Assembly: GCA_043228905.1 (NCBI GenBank)
Contig: JBHGNT010000013.1
Location: 1,240,001 to 1,304,000 of the forward strand
DNA from: Azolla caroliniana
Taxonomy: Eukaryota; Plantae; Polypodiophyta
Reading direction: 5' to 3'
Length of the DNA stretch: 64,000 nucleotides
Positions 62,569 through 64,000 of the stretch are shown here, in pieces; within the stretch, counting starts at the first letter, position 1, and each line of letters starts with the position of its first letter. Both the position numbers and the translations under genes were made by a program. A model generated the notes under the pieces. It was not told the DNA's origin. It did no database searches and saw only the letters and a list, made by a program, of their open reading frames with translations.

Positions 62569-64000
62569 TGATAGCACTTGGTTCTTGGATACTCACCATC
62601 TAACATATCGAAAAGACTGGTTGGACTACTATCAAGAGCTCCCAATTCCATTGAAGGTCACCTTCGGAGACAAAGGTCAAAACGTGGCAGCTAGGAAAGG
62701 TAATATCAAATTAAGGCTCATTAGTAATCCTGTTGTACAAATTTTAGATATATACTTTGTACCTAGAATTGCAAAACATCTATTATCAGTGGGACAAGCT
62801 ACTACAAAAGGAATGACAATCAAATTCAGCAAACAACAAGCTACCCTATATATCCAAGATGATCAACATGAGATAAAAATTGTATGCCCAAAACAAGGGC
62901 AACTATATCCTGTCAAGGCAAATCTAGGAGAAGCATTAACTGCTGAAGTACATCAAGGAGGAGTAGACAATGTGTCCCCCATCTATCTATGGCATTGCCG
63001 ATTCGGTTATCTACATACACCAACACTCAAGTTGTGTCAAAATCAGAACCTAGTAAGAGGTTTACCTTCCACAATCTTTAAATCTATTGATATTTGTGAA
63101 GGATGCATGTATGGGAAAATGGCTCAAAACCCATTTCCACTAAGTAACTCAAAGACAAAGGAACTACTTCAACTTGTTCACATGGATGTATGTGGACCGA
63201 TAACTCCCAACTCACTCTCTGGAGCAAGGTACTTTATAACATTAATTGATAACACTTCGCGATTCACAATAGTTAACTTTCTTAAACAAAAGGGAAATGC
63301 ATTCAAAGCATTTTGTGCATATAATAGCTTTGTTGAAAATCAGACACAACTTATAGTAATAAGAAGTGACAATGGTGGGGAGTTTGTTTCACAAGAGTGG
63401 GAGGCCTTTAACAAAAAAAATGGTAATATTTCATCAAAAGTCAACTGTCTACACACCTCAACAAAATGGGATAGTCAAGAGAAAGAATCACACCTTATTA
63501 AATGCAACTAGGAGTATGTTGAAGACGAGTGGAATGGCCTCGAGATTCTTGGAAGAAGCAGTAGCCACAACTTGTTACCTACAAAATAGAACTCCTCACC
63601 AAGGTATAGAAGGACAAGTTCCATACACCATGTGGTATGGGTACCCACTTGAGATATCACATCTTTGAGTATTTGGAGCAACCGCATTTGCATACATACA
63701 ACTTGCCAAGAGGACAAAACTTGAGGATCAATGCATCAAAGGAAAACTTATTGGATATGGGGAGCCATATGGAGTAAAAGCATACAAAATTTACCCTCCG
63801 AATATAGGTAAAATAATTTTTAGTTGTTCTATGGAGTTTGATGAGAAAAGTCTTTTTTCTAGGTCATCATATGTAATGAAAGACACCGGGAGTGGACACC
63901 TTACCAACGAAATCACAAAGTTAAGACTCCCTCAAGCAACAACAATGGAATTTGAAAATGATAGGATAACATCAGAAAACTCACCAAATGAACACATGAC

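Larger units (their letters stand above)
48602..64000 (+). mobile_element. Ty1/copia element E (LTR ~48602-48886, PBS 48887-48898), split by hAT and gypsy insertions; runs off window
   Basis: gag from ATG 48989 to 49497, resumes 55063-55550 (YCKKEGHTDQVC), resumes 62574 (STWFLDT, LWHCRFG, HMDVCGP, SDNGGEF); LTR start approximate. Confidence 0.88.

Overview
Plant nuclear DNA, probably a fern or other non-seed plant: the 5.8S fragment has the GAATTGCAGAATTC motif, and Tcn1-like, RTE-X-like and DUF7869/Sola-like elements are present. One intact host gene is visible, a two-exon PXY/TDR-like LRR-XI receptor kinase (15177-17889 + 18160-18518, 1023 aa) with an upstream G-box cluster. The rest is nested, mostly decayed transposons: five Ty1/copia elements, two chromoviral Ty3/gypsy elements (one with apparently identical LTRs) plus an older truncated relative, solo LTRs, L1 relics, a young RTE-X-like LINE, a hAT element carrying a PPR fragment, and a DUF7869/Sola-like transposase relic. 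A dispersed 5.8S-ITS2-26S rDNA pseudogene is split by a solo LTR. Main observations: (i) a 56-nt-periodic five-hairpin array in the gypsy leader, conserved between two copies and lying inside a candidate intron; (ii) a ~2.2 kb inversion that splits one copia element, supported by a near-perfect TSD and a restored reading frame; (iii) a PEG10-type -1 frameshift signal in the Tcn1-like element. Coordinates were read by eye. Family names come from recalled motifs, not database searches.
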